A stretch of 64,000 nucleotides of DNA from Chloroflexota bacterium (GCA_021783595.1 JAJXTS010000001.1:34-64033); one strand, 5' to 3'. Shown: positions 38,280 to 50,057, counted from the first letter of the stretch. Notes: a model not told the origin generated them from the sequence alone. Made by a program: numbers and translations.

Positions 38280-39227
38280 CTACCCGCGCCGCGCCTCGAC
38301 CAGCGGCCCCAGCCTCGAGCGCACCTCGGTCCAGGCCGCGCCGAGGAGCAGGATGTTGAACGCGATCGAGAGCCAGGCGAGCAGCGCGAAGATGGCGAGC
38401 GCCGTGCCGTACACGGCCCACAGGCCCATCAGACGCGGCGCGATGAACACGTACACCTGCGTGAACACCGCCAGGGTCAGCCCCACCACGCCGGCCGGCA
38501 CCAGCAGCGCCCTCCAGGCGATCTGCTCGCTGGGCACGATCCGGTAGCACAGCGCCACGGCCACGGCGAACGCCGCCACCGAGACGAGCGGCCCGGCCAA
38601 CTGCAGCACCGCAGCCGGCGCGGCCCCGAGGTTGACCCCGCCGGGGGCGAGCTGCGTGAGCCACGAGAGGAGCGACCCCAGCGCGACGAGGCCCACGGGC
38701 AGCAGGACCAGGACCAGGGTCAGCGCCACGCCCCGCAGCGTCTGGGCGACCGGGTTCCGGCGGGGCGCCCCGCGGAATATCCGCGAGATTGCGGTGTCGA
38801 GGTTCGCGTAGAAGCGGCTCGAGCCCCAGACCAGCGTCACCACCGCCAAGATCCCCGTCGGCAGGGCGCCGGAGCCGACCCCGGCCAGGGCCAGCGCGGC
38901 GAGGTCCTCGAACGGCGGCAGCGCCTGCGCGACGGCCGCCACCAGCTGGCTCTGGATGCCCGGCTCACGGACGACGAACCCCATCACCGCCACCGCGAGC
39001 AGGAACGCCGGCAGCAGCGCGAGCAGCGACGTGTAGGCCAGACCGCCGGCCACCAGGCTGCCGCCCGCCCGGTCGTAGGTCTCCATCACGGCCCGCAGGC
39101 GCATCACGCCTGGGTAGCCGCCGAGCCGCTCCGCGACGCGCTCCGCCACGCGCCGGAGCCCGTCGATCCGCTGCTCGACCTCGGCGGCCTCGCGCTCGAC
39201 CCGATCCTCCGGCCCGCCCTCGCCCAT
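38280..39227 (-). CDS. YihY/BrkB-family membrane protein
   Basis: 315-aa ORF with a multi-TM hydrophobic core; the YihY/BrkB assignment is family-level recognition of the fold, not a matched signature motif. Confidence 0.65.
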   Translation of the reverse strand: MGEGGPEDRVEREAAEVEQRIDGLRRVAERVAERLGGYPGVMRLRAVMETYDRAGGSLVAGGLAYTSLLALLPAFLLAVAVMGFVVREPGIQSQLVAAVAQALPPFEDLAALALAGVGSGALPTGILAVVTLVWGSSRFYANLDTAISRIFRGAPRRNPVAQTLRGVALTLVLVLLPVGLVALGSLLSWLTQLAPGGVNLGAAPAAVLQLAGPLVSVAAFAVAVALCYRIVPSEQIAWRALLVPAGVVGLTLAVFTQVYVFIAPRLMGLWAVYGTALAIFALLAWLSIAFNILLLGAAWTEVRSRLGPLVEARRG

Positions 39228-39231
39228 GGCG

Positions 39232-39468
39232 TCAGGGCAGGTCTTCGAACAGCCCCGGCTGGAGATGCTCCGCGCCCACGCGTCGCGGCGCGGCGATCAG
39301 CGCCCGCACCTCGCCGCGCCGGACGTAGCGCCGCCCGCCGAGCTTGATGCTCGCGAGCTTGCCGGATCGGGCCCAGGCGCCGATCGTGGCCGGCGCGAAG
39401 TGGACGTTGGCGGCCGCGAGGATCTCAACCGCCTCGCTCAGCGTGACCCAGTCGGCGGCGGCGGGCAC
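39232..39468 (-). CDS. excisionase-family helix-turn-helix DNA-binding protein
   Basis: WVTLSEAVEILAAANV...YVRRGEV is a HTH_17-like fold. 78 aa. Confidence 0.55.
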   Translation of the reverse strand: MPAAADWVTLSEAVEILAAANVHFAPATIGAWARSGKLASIKLGGRRYVRRGEVRALIAAPRRVGAEHLQPGLFEDLP

Positions 39469-39471
39469 CGG

Positions 39472-39789
39472 TCAGTCCTTCTCGCCCGCCGGGGACGAGG
39501 ATCCGGACGAGGACGACGCGGCGTCGGACGACCCGCTGGAGGCCGACCCCTCCGTGGGCCCGCCCGATGCGCTCGACGATCGCGACGCCGCCTTGGTGGC
39601 GCCCCCTCCCCCACGGTCCTTCTTGGCCCAGCCCGAGCCCTTGAAGTGGATGGACGGCGCCGAGAAGACCTTGCGCATCGTGCCCTCGCGCCCGCAGGAC
39701 GGGCAGAACTTGGGCCCGGGGTCATTGATCCCGTGGAGGATGTCGGCGCGGTGATCGCAGGCGGTGCAGGTGTAGTCGTAGATGGGCAT
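39472..39789 (-). CDS. FmdB-family zinc-ribbon protein
   Basis: MPIYDYTCTACDHRADILH...CPSCG is the FmdB signature. Ser/Gly-rich tail. Confidence 0.7.
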   Translation of the reverse strand: MPIYDYTCTACDHRADILHGINDPGPKFCPSCGREGTMRKVFSAPSIHFKGSGWAKKDRGGGGATKAASRSSSASGGPTEGSASSGSSDAASSSSGSSSPAGEKD

Positions 39790-39810
39790 CGTTGTTTCGC
39801 TGGTGTGCGG

Positions 39811-40611
39811 TCAGCCGCGGAGCAGCCGCATGCCGCACTTGGGGCAGTAGAACGCGCGCTCGTGGGCCGACGCGAAGCCGCAGTGGGCGCAGACCAGCCC
39901 GCCTCGCCCCGCGGCCGGGACCGGCCGGTCCACGGACGCCAGGCCGAGGGCGTGCTGGCTGCCGAGCACGTTGCCCAGGATCCCCGCGAGGGTCTTCTGG
40001 GCGATCCGGTCGGTGTCGCCGCGGGCGCCGCGACCGCCCCACCCGACAACCGCGCGGACGATCATGTCGCCCGTCGCCTCGTCCCAGTGGGAGGCCACGC
40101 CGCCGACGATGGCGTTGTACTCGGGGTACCCCGCCGTGTCCGTCTCGCCGTCGAGCAGGGCGCACGCGAAGGTGTCGAACGCGAGGTCAACCGCGTCGAG
40201 CGTCTCGAGGACCACCAGCGCGTGCCGCGTGACCGGGCTCAGCTCGTGATGGGCGCCCAGCCACTGCATGGCCTCGGACGCGTGCGCGATCTGGGGCATC
40301 GCCTGGGCGAACTCGAGCGGCAGGGGCTCCACGACCTCGACCTCGCCGTGCGCAAAGCCGAGGAGCATGGACGGCATCTCGGCCAGCGCCCGGGGGCCGC
40401 CCCGCAGGCGCACCCCCGCGCTGCTCTTGGCCGCGTATTGGAGCTTGAGCGCGAACTCCTGCGCGACGACCTCCTCGGGCGGCCCGACGCGAGTCGGGGC
40501 CGACCGGGCGGCGGGCGCGGACGACCGGTGCGTCTCGCTGCCGCGGCGCTTCAGGAACTCGAGGGGCACGGGGATCCTCCCTGACTCGGCCCACGGCCGG
40601 ATCGCCGCCAT
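39811..40611 (-). CDS. hypothetical protein with C-terminal zinc ribbon
   Basis: 266 aa with high GC3 throughout. CAHCGFASAHERAFYCPKCG at the C-terminus. No family recognised. Confidence 0.45.
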   Translation of the reverse strand: MAAIRPWAESGRIPVPLEFLKRRGSETHRSSAPAARSAPTRVGPPEEVVAQEFALKLQYAAKSSAGVRLRGGPRALAEMPSMLLGFAHGEVEVVEPLPLEFAQAMPQIAHASEAMQWLGAHHELSPVTRHALVVLETLDAVDLAFDTFACALLDGETDTAGYPEYNAIVGGVASHWDEATGDMIVRAVVGWGGRGARGDTDRIAQKTLAGILGNVLGSQHALGLASVDRPVPAAGRGGLVCAHCGFASAHERAFYCPKCGMRLLRG

Positions 40612-40653
40612 CCTAGCAGCGACCGCCCGCGGGGACCGCTCGCGCGGGTCCGA

Positions 40654-43371
40654 TCACCGGGCGAGACGCTCGCGGAGGCGCTCCGCCTGGACCGCCAGCT
40701 CCGCCTCGCGGGCGCGGGCGCCCTCCACGACGGCCGGCGGGGCCTTCGCGGTGAAGCCCTCGTTGGCGAGCCTCGCCCGCGCGGCCTCGAGCAGCCGCTC
40801 CGCGTCGGCGAGCTCCTTCTCGAGGCGGGCCCGGTCCGCCTCCCCGCCCGCGGCGTCCGAGGCCCCGGTGCCCACGATCGCCTCGGTCGGGCCCGCGATG
40901 ACCGCCAGGCCGGTCGCGGCGGCGTGGAGCGCCTCGCGGTCCTCGTGGCGCCGCATCGGCCTCGCCCGGGCCAGCCGCTCGAGCGCCGGGCGCAGGGCCT
41001 CGAACGACGCCACGAGCGCGGGCTCCACGGCCACGTCGAGCGGCAGCCAGGTGCCGGGCTCGAGCTTGGCGTCCGAGCGCGCGTTGCGGACGGCGCGCAC
41101 GAGCTCGACCAGCGCGCCCACCTCGGCCTCGGCCGCCTCGTCCCGCGCGCGGACGGCCGGCCAGTCGGCCACGATGAGGAGGTCCGGGTCCGAGGCGGCG
41201 TGCGGCAGCGCGCCCCACAGCCGCTCGGTGATGAACGGCATCACCGGGTGCAGCAGGCGCAGGTACGTGTCGAGCGCCTCGACGAGCGTCCACCAGGTGG
41301 CCTCGCGGTCGGCGGCCTCCAGCGACGGATCGGCCAGGCGCACCTTGGCGAGCTCGATGCCCCAGTCGCAGTACTCGCTCCAGATGGCGTCGTACAGGAG
41401 CCGCGTCACCTCGCCGAACGCGTAGTCGGCCATCGCGCCGTCCACGGCGGCGACGGTTGCGGTGGCCCGCGAGCGGACCCAGCGCTCGGCCGGGCCGAGG
41501 CGGGCGGGGTCCGGCGCCCGGCGCGGGGCATCGGCCGCGATGCCCTCGGGACGCGCCCCGACCACGAAGCGGGTGGCGTTCCAGAGCTTGTTGGCGAAGT
41601 TGCGGGCGTTCTCCACCTTGGCCATGCCGAACTTCTGGTCGTTGCCCGGCGTGGCGCCGTGGACCAGGGCGAAGCGCAGCGCGTCGGCGCCGTGCTCGTC
41701 GATGGTCCCGAGCGGGTCCACCACGTTGCCCTTGGTCTTGGACATCTTCTGGCCGAACGGGTCTCGGATGAGACCCGACAGGTAGACCGTGTGGAACGGG
41801 GCGTCGCCCAGCATCTCGATGCCCAGCATCATCATCCGGGCCACCCAGAAGAAGATGATGTCGTAGCCCGTCTCCATGACCGAGCCCGGGTAGAACCGGG
41901 CGACGTCGTCGGTGGCGTCTGGCCAGCCCAGCGTCGAGAACGGCCACAGGCCCGAGCTGAACCACGTGTCGAAGATGTCCGGGTCCTGCGTGAGCCGCGC
42001 CGCGGGCGCGCCGCAGGCCGCGCAGGCGTCGGGCCCACCCGCCTCGGCCGAGACGGTGGCGTGGCCGTCGGGGCAGTACCAGGCCGGGATGCGATGGCCC
42101 CACCACAGCTGCCGGGACACGTTCCAGTCCCGGATGGTGGTCATCCAGTGCTCCCAGACCTTCTCGAACCGAGCCGGCAGGATGGCGGTGCGACCCGAGC
42201 GGGTGGCAGCGAGCGCGGCTGCCGCGAGCGGCCCGGTGCGCACGAACCACTGTGTCTTGAGGCGCGGCTCCACCGCGTCGGTGCTGCGCTGGCAGCGGCC
42301 GATGACCATCTCGTGGGCCTGCTCGCCCTCGAGGTCGCCGAGCGCGGCGAGATCCTCGAGGATCGCGGATCGGGCCTTGTACCGCTCCATCCCGTCGTAG
42401 CGCGTGCCGGTGCCGACGACGTGCGCGGTGTCGTCGAGGACCGTCGGCATCGCCAGCCCGTGGCGCTTGCCCGTCTCGTGATCGTCGTGGTCATGGGCCG
42501 GCGTGATCTTCACGGCGCCGGTGCCGAACGCAGGGTCCACCACCGCGTCCGCGATCACGGGCACGTCGCGTTCGGCGAACGGGATGCGCACGCGGCGGCC
42601 GACGAGCTTCGCGTAGCGCCTGTCGTCGGGGTTGACGGCGACGGCCGTGTCGCCGAGGAGCGTCTCGGGGCGCGTCGTGGCGACGGTCACGGTCGCCGAG
42701 CCGGGCTGGCCCGTCGCCTCGTCGAGCAGGTGGTACCGGATCCGCCAGATCGTGCCCGTCTCCGGCGTGGGGATCACCTCGAGGTCCGAGACCGACGTCC
42801 GGCAGCCCGGGCACCAGTTGACGAGCGCCTCGGCGCGATACGCCAGGCCCTTGCGGTACAGGCGCAGGAACGCCTCGCGCACCGCCCGGCTGCTGACCTC
42901 GTCCATCGTGAACCGCAGGCGGCCCCAGTCGCACGACCCGCCGACGCGGCGCTGCTGGGTGAGGATGACGTTGCGGGTCTCCTCGACGAACGCCTGCATG
43001 CGCTCGAGGTACCGCTCGCGGCCGAGGCTGGCGCGGCTCTCCCCCTCCCCGGCGAGGATCTTGTCCAGCACGAACTGCGCGGCGATGGAGGCGTGGTCGA
43101 GGCCCGGCAGGAACAGCGCGGGGCGACCGGCCATCCGCGCGTGGCGGATCATCAGGTCCTCGACCGTGGTGCGCTGGGCATGGCCCAGGTGCAGCGAGCC
43201 CGTGACGTTGGGGGGCGGCTGGATGATCGTGAACGCCGGCTTGGACCAGTCCGCGCGGGAGCCGGCCCCGTCCGGGGCGAAGACGTCCGCGGCCATCCAG
43301 CGCTCGTAGATCTCGCGCTCGAACTCGGTCGGCGCATAGGCCTTGGCGAGCGTCGCGGTCGGCTCGGTCAT
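40654..43371 (-). CDS. valS: valine--tRNA ligase
   Basis: HIGH-class motifs (PPNVTGSLHLGHA), KMSKTKGN, editing domain. ATG 43371 with AGGAGCC RBS. 905 aa. Confidence 0.95.
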   Translation of the reverse strand: MTEPTATLAKAYAPTEFEREIYERWMAADVFAPDGAGSRADWSKPAFTIIQPPPNVTGSLHLGHAQRTTVEDLMIRHARMAGRPALFLPGLDHASIAAQFVLDKILAGEGESRASLGRERYLERMQAFVEETRNVILTQQRRVGGSCDWGRLRFTMDEVSSRAVREAFLRLYRKGLAYRAEALVNWCPGCRTSVSDLEVIPTPETGTIWRIRYHLLDEATGQPGSATVTVATTRPETLLGDTAVAVNPDDRRYAKLVGRRVRIPFAERDVPVIADAVVDPAFGTGAVKITPAHDHDDHETGKRHGLAMPTVLDDTAHVVGTGTRYDGMERYKARSAILEDLAALGDLEGEQAHEMVIGRCQRSTDAVEPRLKTQWFVRTGPLAAAALAATRSGRTAILPARFEKVWEHWMTTIRDWNVSRQLWWGHRIPAWYCPDGHATVSAEAGGPDACAACGAPAARLTQDPDIFDTWFSSGLWPFSTLGWPDATDDVARFYPGSVMETGYDIIFFWVARMMMLGIEMLGDAPFHTVYLSGLIRDPFGQKMSKTKGNVVDPLGTIDEHGADALRFALVHGATPGNDQKFGMAKVENARNFANKLWNATRFVVGARPEGIAADAPRRAPDPARLGPAERWVRSRATATVAAVDGAMADYAFGEVTRLLYDAIWSEYCDWGIELAKVRLADPSLEAADREATWWTLVEALDTYLRLLHPVMPFITERLWGALPHAASDPDLLIVADWPAVRARDEAAEAEVGALVELVRAVRNARSDAKLEPGTWLPLDVAVEPALVASFEALRPALERLARARPMRRHEDREALHAAATGLAVIAGPTEAIVGTGASDAAGGEADRARLEKELADAERLLEAARARLANEGFTAKAPPAVVEGARAREAELAVQAERLRERLAR

Positions 43372-43698
43372 CGCTCTGGCTCCTAGAAACGAACAACCCC
43401 GGCTCGTCCAGCGGACGAACGGGGTCGTGGTACCACCTGCTGGGTTCCGCGGCCGGGGCTCGCGGGTCATCCCCGCGACCGTGGTCCGACCACGCTCTGC
43501 GGCGCGCTACCGGGCGCCACCCGCACGGCTCGCGAGCGACCTTCGCACCCGTCGTGCCCGCGCGGCTCGCACCGTCCCGCGCTCGCTCCCGGCCGACTCG
43601 GGGCTACTCCTCTCGGTCAGCGCCGTGTTCCGGCGGAGTCTAGCACGCGGGATCGGGCCGCCGATCGGCTCGCGGGCGGCCGGACGTCGGCCAGACGG
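43372..43698 (-). promoter_or_regulatory. candidate T-box riboswitch leader of valS
   Basis: On the minus strand, AGGUGGUACCACG (T-box core UGGN-ACC) lies directly 5' of and overlapping a terminator-like hairpin ACCCCGUUCGUCCGCUGGACGAGCCGGGGU followed by UGUUCGUUUCU, about 30 nt before the RBS. A GAGAGGAGUAG element sits upstream. A possible Val GUC specifier is in GCGAAGGUCGCU. Confidence 0.4.
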
Positions 43699-45315
43699 TC
43701 ACCCGCCCACGTGGTGGGTCAGCCGCCCGCCCATCACCGTGGCCCAGACGCGCATCTCCCGCAGGCGCCGGGCGGCCTCGGCGGCGTCGCCCGCCGGGGC
43801 GAGCGGGTCGTCGTCGAGGAGGGCGATGTCCGCCACCGCGCCCGCCGCCAGCGTTCGCCGGCCGTCCGTGCTCGCCGCCAGGGCCTCGGCCGCGGTCAGC
43901 GCCTGCTCCGGATGCCACGCCGACCGCGCGTCGGCGCTCCGATGGACGGCTGCCGCCATCGCGAGCCAGGGGTCCAGGGGCGAGACCGGCGCGTCCGAGC
44001 CGAGCCGCAACCGGACGCCCGCCCGCATGAAGTCCCGGAAGGGGAAGCACCACGCCGTCCGGTCGGCCCAGCAGACCTCCGCAACGTCGCGGTCGTCGAG
44101 GAGGTGGGCCGGCTGGACGCTCGCCACGACGCCGAGGCGCGCCATGCGGTCCACCTCGTCGGGCCGGACCAGCTGCGCGTGCTCCACCGACCCGCGGGCG
44201 CCCGTCGCCTCGAACGCGTCCAGCACGTCGTCGAGCGCCGCGTCGCCGATCGCGTGGAGCGCCACCGTGAGGCCCGCCCTGGTGGCGCGCGCCACCAGGG
44301 GCACCAGCGCGTCCGGCGGGTAGTTCTGCACGCCCCGCGGATGCTGGGCCGCCGGGCCGCCGAGCGCGTCGGCGTAGGGCGTTGAGCAGTAGGCGGTCCG
44401 GGTGCTGAGCGAGCCGTCCGTGATGACCTTGAGCGGCCCCATCACCGCGCGCCCCGACGGGCGGGCCGCGTCCGCCTCGGCGCTGCCGAGCGGGCCTCCC
44501 GGCAGCGGGTCGCCCGTGCGCAGGCCCGCGGCGATCACCTCGTCGAGCAGCTCGGGGTAGACGCCCGCCCGAATGCGCAGCGCGTCGAGGCCCAGGGCCA
44601 GGCGTCGAGGCCATGCCCGGAACCCGTCGCCGAACTCCAGGTCCACCGCCCCGACCACGCCCATCGCGGCGGCCTGCGCCAGGACGGCCCGATAGCCCGC
44701 CTCGAGCTCAGCCTCGGCCCCCGGGAGCGAGGCGAGGCGGCCGAACACGGCGAACCACGCGTCCTCCTCGAGGACGTCGTCCCGGGGCGGCAGCCCCAGG
44801 CGGCGCAGCGCGGCCGAGTTGAGCCACCCGTGGTGCGCGTCCCCGCTGACCAGGACGACCGGGGCGCCGCCGCTGACCGAGTCCAGCAGTCGGGTCGTCG
44901 GAGCCTCCGGCCAGACTGCCGACCGGTGCCCCCAGCCCACCAGGACGCCGGTCGCCGGCAGCGGCGCCCCCGAGCCGAGGCGGCGCCCCACCCTCTCGGC
45001 AGCCTCGGCGGCGCTGCGCGTTCCGCGGAGGTCAAGGCGAGCCGCGGACGCCGCCCACTGCCCGAGGTGCGCGTGACCGTCCCAGAGGCCCGGCATCGCC
45101 CAGCGGCCGTCGGCGTCGAGCACCTCCGGATGTGCCGGGTCCGTCGTCGCGGGGTGCGTCGCGGGCCCTCCCGCCGAACCCCGTCCCAGCCCCGCAGCGC
45201 GCGAGCCTGCAGGTCGGATCGCCACGATCCGACCCCCTGACAACTCGAGGTCAACGAGGCCGTCGGGAGCCGGACGCCCGCCGACCTGAACCAGCCGGAC
45301 GTTCCGGACGAGCAC
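43699..45315 (-). CDS. metal-dependent amidohydrolase (Amidohydro_3-like)
   Basis: GLWDGHAHLGQW, HAIGDAALD and SVEHAQ motifs of the TIM-barrel amidohydrolase superfamily. Confidence 0.7.
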   Translation of the reverse strand: MLVRNVRLVQVGGRPAPDGLVDLELSGGRIVAIRPAGSRAAGLGRGSAGGPATHPATTDPAHPEVLDADGRWAMPGLWDGHAHLGQWAASAARLDLRGTRSAAEAAERVGRRLGSGAPLPATGVLVGWGHRSAVWPEAPTTRLLDSVSGGAPVVLVSGDAHHGWLNSAALRRLGLPPRDDVLEEDAWFAVFGRLASLPGAEAELEAGYRAVLAQAAAMGVVGAVDLEFGDGFRAWPRRLALGLDALRIRAGVYPELLDEVIAAGLRTGDPLPGGPLGSAEADAARPSGRAVMGPLKVITDGSLSTRTAYCSTPYADALGGPAAQHPRGVQNYPPDALVPLVARATRAGLTVALHAIGDAALDDVLDAFEATGARGSVEHAQLVRPDEVDRMARLGVVASVQPAHLLDDRDVAEVCWADRTAWCFPFRDFMRAGVRLRLGSDAPVSPLDPWLAMAAAVHRSADARSAWHPEQALTAAEALAASTDGRRTLAAGAVADIALLDDDPLAPAGDAAEAARRLREMRVWATVMGGRLTHHVGG

Positions 45316-45395
45316 GCCTCACCTCCTCCGGAGGGTCTCCGGGCCGCGGCGTCGCAGGCCGCAGGCTGCCCGCCACCCCGCGCGGGCCGGGCGCG

Positions 45396-46703
<1,308 letters not shown>

Positions 46704-46721
46704 GCGTTCGGTCTCCCGCGC

Positions 46722-47402
46722 TCAGTGGTCCGTCGCGGGCTCGGACTGACCGTCGTCCGGTCCCGCCGCCGGCGCCTCGCCGCCGGCCAAACCGTGGCTG
46801 TGGGCCTGGGCGATCAGCGAGTCACCGGTCATCGTGTAGACGGAGTCGATGATGCCATACGCCTTGGCGTCGTCGGGGCCCATGAAGTAGTCCCGGTCCG
46901 TGTCGCGCACGATCTTGTCCAGGTCCTGGCCGGTGTGGCGAGCCAGGATCTCGTGGTTCACCTGGACCAGGTACTCCCACTCCTTCATCTGGATCACCGC
47001 GTCCGGCGCGTTGCCCCGGAACCCGCCCGAGCCCTGGTGGATCATGATCCGGCTGTGCGGCAGCGCGTAGCGCTTGCCCTTGGCGCCAGCCGCCAGGAGC
47101 ACCGCGGCCATCGACGCCGCCATGCCGATGCAGATGGTGCTCACCGGGGCGCGCAGGTACTGCATCGTGTCGTAGATGGCGAGGCCACTGGTGACCACGC
47201 CACCGGGCGAGTTGATGTACAGGCTGATGTCCTTCTCGGGGTCCTCGGACTCGAGGAACAGGAGCTGTGCGATCACCAGGTTGGCGAGGTGGTCGTCGAT
47301 CTCGTCGCCCAGGAAGATGATCCGCTCGCGCAGCAGGCGCGAGTAGATGTCGTAGGCGCGCTCGCCTCGGCTGGTGGACTCGATGACCATGGGGACGAGC
47401 AT
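46722..47402 (-). CDS. clpP: ATP-dependent Clp protease proteolytic subunit
   Basis: [25 protein letters not shown], catalytic GMAASMAA, and His/Asp. ATG 47402 with AGGGAG RBS. Confidence 0.9.
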   Translation of the reverse strand: MLVPMVIESTSRGERAYDIYSRLLRERIIFLGDEIDDHLANLVIAQLLFLESEDPEKDISLYINSPGGVVTSGLAIYDTMQYLRAPVSTICIGMAASMAAVLLAAGAKGKRYALPHSRIMIHQGSGGFRGNAPDAVIQMKEWEYLVQVNHEILARHTGQDLDKIVRDTDRDYFMGPDDAKAYGIIDSVYTMTGDSLIAQAHSHGLAGGEAPAAGPDDGQSEPATDH

Positions 47403-47448
47403 CGTCGGTCTCCCTGCGGTGCCTTCGGCGTCGATTCGGTGCCCGGCG

Positions 47449-48915
47449 TCAGGCGCCGGCGGCATCCCCGACGGCCTCGGCGTCGCCGTGGTCGTGGGTC
47501 TGCTCGTCGGTGCGGGACGAAGGGATGGCACCCGGGTCCGTGGCGTCGATGGACGCCGCGGCCTCCGCCTGGGGCGTGTCGAGCGCGGAGGGAAGGTCGT
47601 CCTCCAGGTGCGGGATCGCCGGGTGCTCGGGGTGCGCGGCCAGCCAGCGGTCGACCAGCGACTCCACCACCTTGGTGCGCCTCAGGGTGCTGCGGATGAA
47701 GTTGCGGCCCCGCTCGGACTCGAAGTACTTGACGGTCCGGGTGTCCTCGTAGCGCTGGCGGGCCAGCTCCACCTGCCCCTCGACCTCCGCGTCGGAGATC
47801 TGCAGGCCCTCCGCGTCCGCGATCGCGGACAGGACCAGCAGCACCTTGGTGCGCTGCTCGGCCTGCGGGCGGAAGTCCTCGTGGAGGTCCTGCTCGGTCT
47901 TGCCCACCGCCTTGAGGTAGGCGGCCTCTGCGATGCCCTCGCGGGCGAGCGAGGAGCGCAGCTCGTCGTGCATGACCTCGACCTCCTGGTCCACCAGGAT
48001 GTCGGGCAGCTCGAGCGTGGCGTTGGCCACGGCGTACTCGATGACCTTGTCGCTGAACTCGTGGCGGGCGCGGTCGAGCGCGTTGCGGCGCAGGCGCTCG
48101 CCGACGTCGGCCCGGAGCGCCGCCAGGTCCTCGTAGGCGCCCATCCGGCGCGCGAAGTCCTCGTCCGCGGCCGGCAGGACCTTCTCGCGGAGCTCCTTGA
48201 GGTCAACCGCGAAGTGCGCCTGCTGACCGGCCAAGCTCTCCTCGGCGTAGTCCGCCGGGAACGTGATGTCGAACTCGGTGGTGTCGCCCGGCCGGAGCCC
48301 GACCAGGTTGGCCTCGAAGCCCGGGATCAGCCGGTCCTGGCCAATGATCAGCGGCATGCGCTCCGAGGAGCCCCCGTCGAACTCCACGCCGTCCCGGGTG
48401 CCGCGGAACCCGATGACCGCCCAGTCGTCGTTCTGCGCGCCGCGGTCCTCGACCGCCTTGAGGGTCGCGTTCTGGTCGCGCAGCTCCTCGACCACGTGAT
48501 CGACCTTGGCGTCGTCCACGTCGTCGATCTGGGGCTGGAAGCCGAAGCCCTCGTAGTCGCCGAGCGTGACGACGGGACGAACCTGGACCGTGGCCTTGTA
48601 CTTGAGCGGCTGGCCCTCGACGGCCTCGACAACCTCCACGTCCGCGTTGGTGAGCGGGACAATCCCCTGCTCGATGATCGCGTCGCGGTAGGTGGTCTGG
48701 ACCAGCTGCTCCACGGCCTCGTCCAGCACGGCGCCGGGCCCGAGCACTCGCTCCAGGATCGCGCGGGGCGCCTTGCCGGGCCGGAAGCCCGCCACGCGGG
48801 TGCGCCGCGAGAGGCGGCCGGTTGCCTCCCGCACGGCGCGGTCCAGGCGCTCGGCCGGGACCTCGACCTCGAGGAGGATGGAGCTCTTGGGTGCGGGGGA
48901 GGCGGTCACATTCAT
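47449..48915 (-). CDS. tig: trigger factor
   Basis: Ribosome-binding GFRPGKAP motif, PPIase domain, C-terminal arm. Confidence 0.9.
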   Translation of the reverse strand: MNVTASPAPKSSILLEVEVPAERLDRAVREATGRLSRRTRVAGFRPGKAPRAILERVLGPGAVLDEAVEQLVQTTYRDAIIEQGIVPLTNADVEVVEAVEGQPLKYKATVQVRPVVTLGDYEGFGFQPQIDDVDDAKVDHVVEELRDQNATLKAVEDRGAQNDDWAVIGFRGTRDGVEFDGGSSERMPLIIGQDRLIPGFEANLVGLRPGDTTEFDITFPADYAEESLAGQQAHFAVDLKELREKVLPAADEDFARRMGAYEDLAALRADVGERLRRNALDRARHEFSDKVIEYAVANATLELPDILVDQEVEVMHDELRSSLAREGIAEAAYLKAVGKTEQDLHEDFRPQAEQRTKVLLVLSAIADAEGLQISDAEVEGQVELARQRYEDTRTVKYFESERGRNFIRSTLRRTKVVESLVDRWLAAHPEHPAIPHLEDDLPSALDTPQAEAAASIDATDPGAIPSSRTDEQTHDHGDAEAVGDAAGA

Positions 48916-49008
48916 CGCCGGGGGAGTATAGGGCGGGTGGGCCGATCGCCGGGGAGCGGGGCAACGGGCGCCCGGCGACCCTGGCGAGAGCCGCTAGACT
49001 GCCCGCAC

Positions 49009-49096
49009 GGGCGAGTGGCGAAATGGCAGACGCGCCGGCCTTAGGAGCCGGTGTCCCGTGAGGGACGTGTGGGTTCGACCCCCTCCTCGCCTACCA
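49009..49096 (+). tRNA. tRNA-Leu (anticodon UAG), type II with long variable arm
   Basis: Acceptor GGGCGAG/CTCGCCT (G1-U72 wobble), anticodon stem CCGGC/GCCGG with loop CUUAGGA, 17-nt variable arm, T-loop TTCGACC, encoded CCA. One U-U mismatch in the T-stem. Confidence 0.8.
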
Positions 49097-49128
49097 GCCG
49101 CGGGGCGACCCTCGGCGTGCCGGGGCGC

Positions 49129-49791
49129 TCACGCCGGGCTGGCGGGCCGCTTGCGGCCGACGAACAGGCCGTACCCGAACGAGGCCCACGGCGGCGGCGA
49201 GCCCGGCTCGTCGTCGGGCCCGCGACGCAGCGACGCGAGCATCGTGCCCAGCACCGGCCGCACGGCGGCCCGTGTGAGGCAGAGCCAGGCGCCCAGCGTG
49301 ACCATGGCGCCGCCGATCTGCCGGGCCAGCTCGGCAACCCGCGGCGGCGGGGTCTCCGTCAGCAGGTACCCCTCGTTGAGGCCCACGTACCCGCCCGGCC
49401 GCGCCACGCGCACCATCTCGGCGATTGCCATCTGCTTGTCGCCCACGAAGGCGAGCACCGACTCGGCGACGACGACGTCGAAACGGCCATCCTCGAACGG
49501 CAGCGCGAGGACGTCGCCGACGGCGAAGGACACCCGTCCCCCGACACCCGCCGCGCGGGCCCGTCGCCGCGCCCACTCGACCATCTGCGGGGACGTGTCC
49601 ACCCCCACGACCCGACAGCCGAACTCGCGCGCGATGCCGACGGCCCCGACCCCGATGCCGCAGCCGACATCGAGCACCTCGCCCGCCTCGGCGACGCGGC
49701 ACAGGGAGAGAAGCCGCCGGGTGGCGGGCCAGCCGCCGAGATGGACCGAGATCCCGATGCGGGCCTGCAGGTCGAGGTACGAGGTGCCCAT
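49129..49791 (-). CDS. class I SAM-dependent methyltransferase (type 11)
   Basis: VLDVGCGIGVGAVGIA motif I. Start ATG 49791 with GGAGG RBS. The track ORF's further upstream extension runs into tandem repeats and is rejected. Confidence 0.7.
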   Translation of the reverse strand: MGTSYLDLQARIGISVHLGGWPATRRLLSLCRVAEAGEVLDVGCGIGVGAVGIAREFGCRVVGVDTSPQMVEWARRRARAAGVGGRVSFAVGDVLALPFEDGRFDVVVAESVLAFVGDKQMAIAEMVRVARPGGYVGLNEGYLLTETPPPRVAELARQIGGAMVTLGAWLCLTRAAVRPVLGTMLASLRRGPDDEPGSPPPWASFGYGLFVGRKRPASPA

Positions 49792-49873
49792 GCGCTCAGG
49801 GCCTCCGCCGTCGCACGGCGTCCGGGCCGCGCCGTCGCCGCTCCCCAGCCTCGGCGGCACGACGGGCGGGCCC

Positions 49874-49914
49874 AAGAGGCGAAGGTTCGGATCCCCAGAG
49901 TCGGGACCAGTGCC
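49874..49914. repeat. 41-nt repeat copy A1 (AAGAGGCGAAGGTTCGGATCCCCAGAGTCGGGACCAGTGCC)
   Basis: About 85% identical to copy A2 at 50450-50490. Partial third copy at 50343-50362. Confidence 0.6.
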
Positions 49915-49980
49915 ATCGCCCTCGGCGCGCCGGGTCGCCACGGGGAGGGCGACGCTGCGCAGCGGACCTGACGATCGCGT

Positions 49981-50040
49981 CCCCGCCGCGTCCCCGCCGG
50001 CGCCGTTGGCGGCCCCGCCGGCGCCGTTGGCGGCCCCGCA
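49981..50040. repeat. tandem repeat, 21-nt unit CCCCGCCGGCGCCGTTGGCGG, about 2.8 copies
   Basis: Exact copies at 49992-50012 and 50013-50033 flanked by partial units. Confidence 0.6.
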
Positions 50041-50057
50041 GGTCACCGCGCATTGCT

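Noticed and set aside
46722-47531. Longer N-termini for ClpP (to 47531), ValS (to 43470), agmatinase (to 6465), Mrp (to 55269), CinA and others as given by the ORF track
   Set aside because: The track reports the most upstream start. The extensions are low-complexity, lack RBS, or overlap neighbours. Family-typical N-termini with good RBS were chosen instead.
49981-50040. CRISPR array
   Set aside because: Only 2.8 copies of a 21-nt unit with no spacers. No cas genes in the window. The other repeats are likewise too few or too short.
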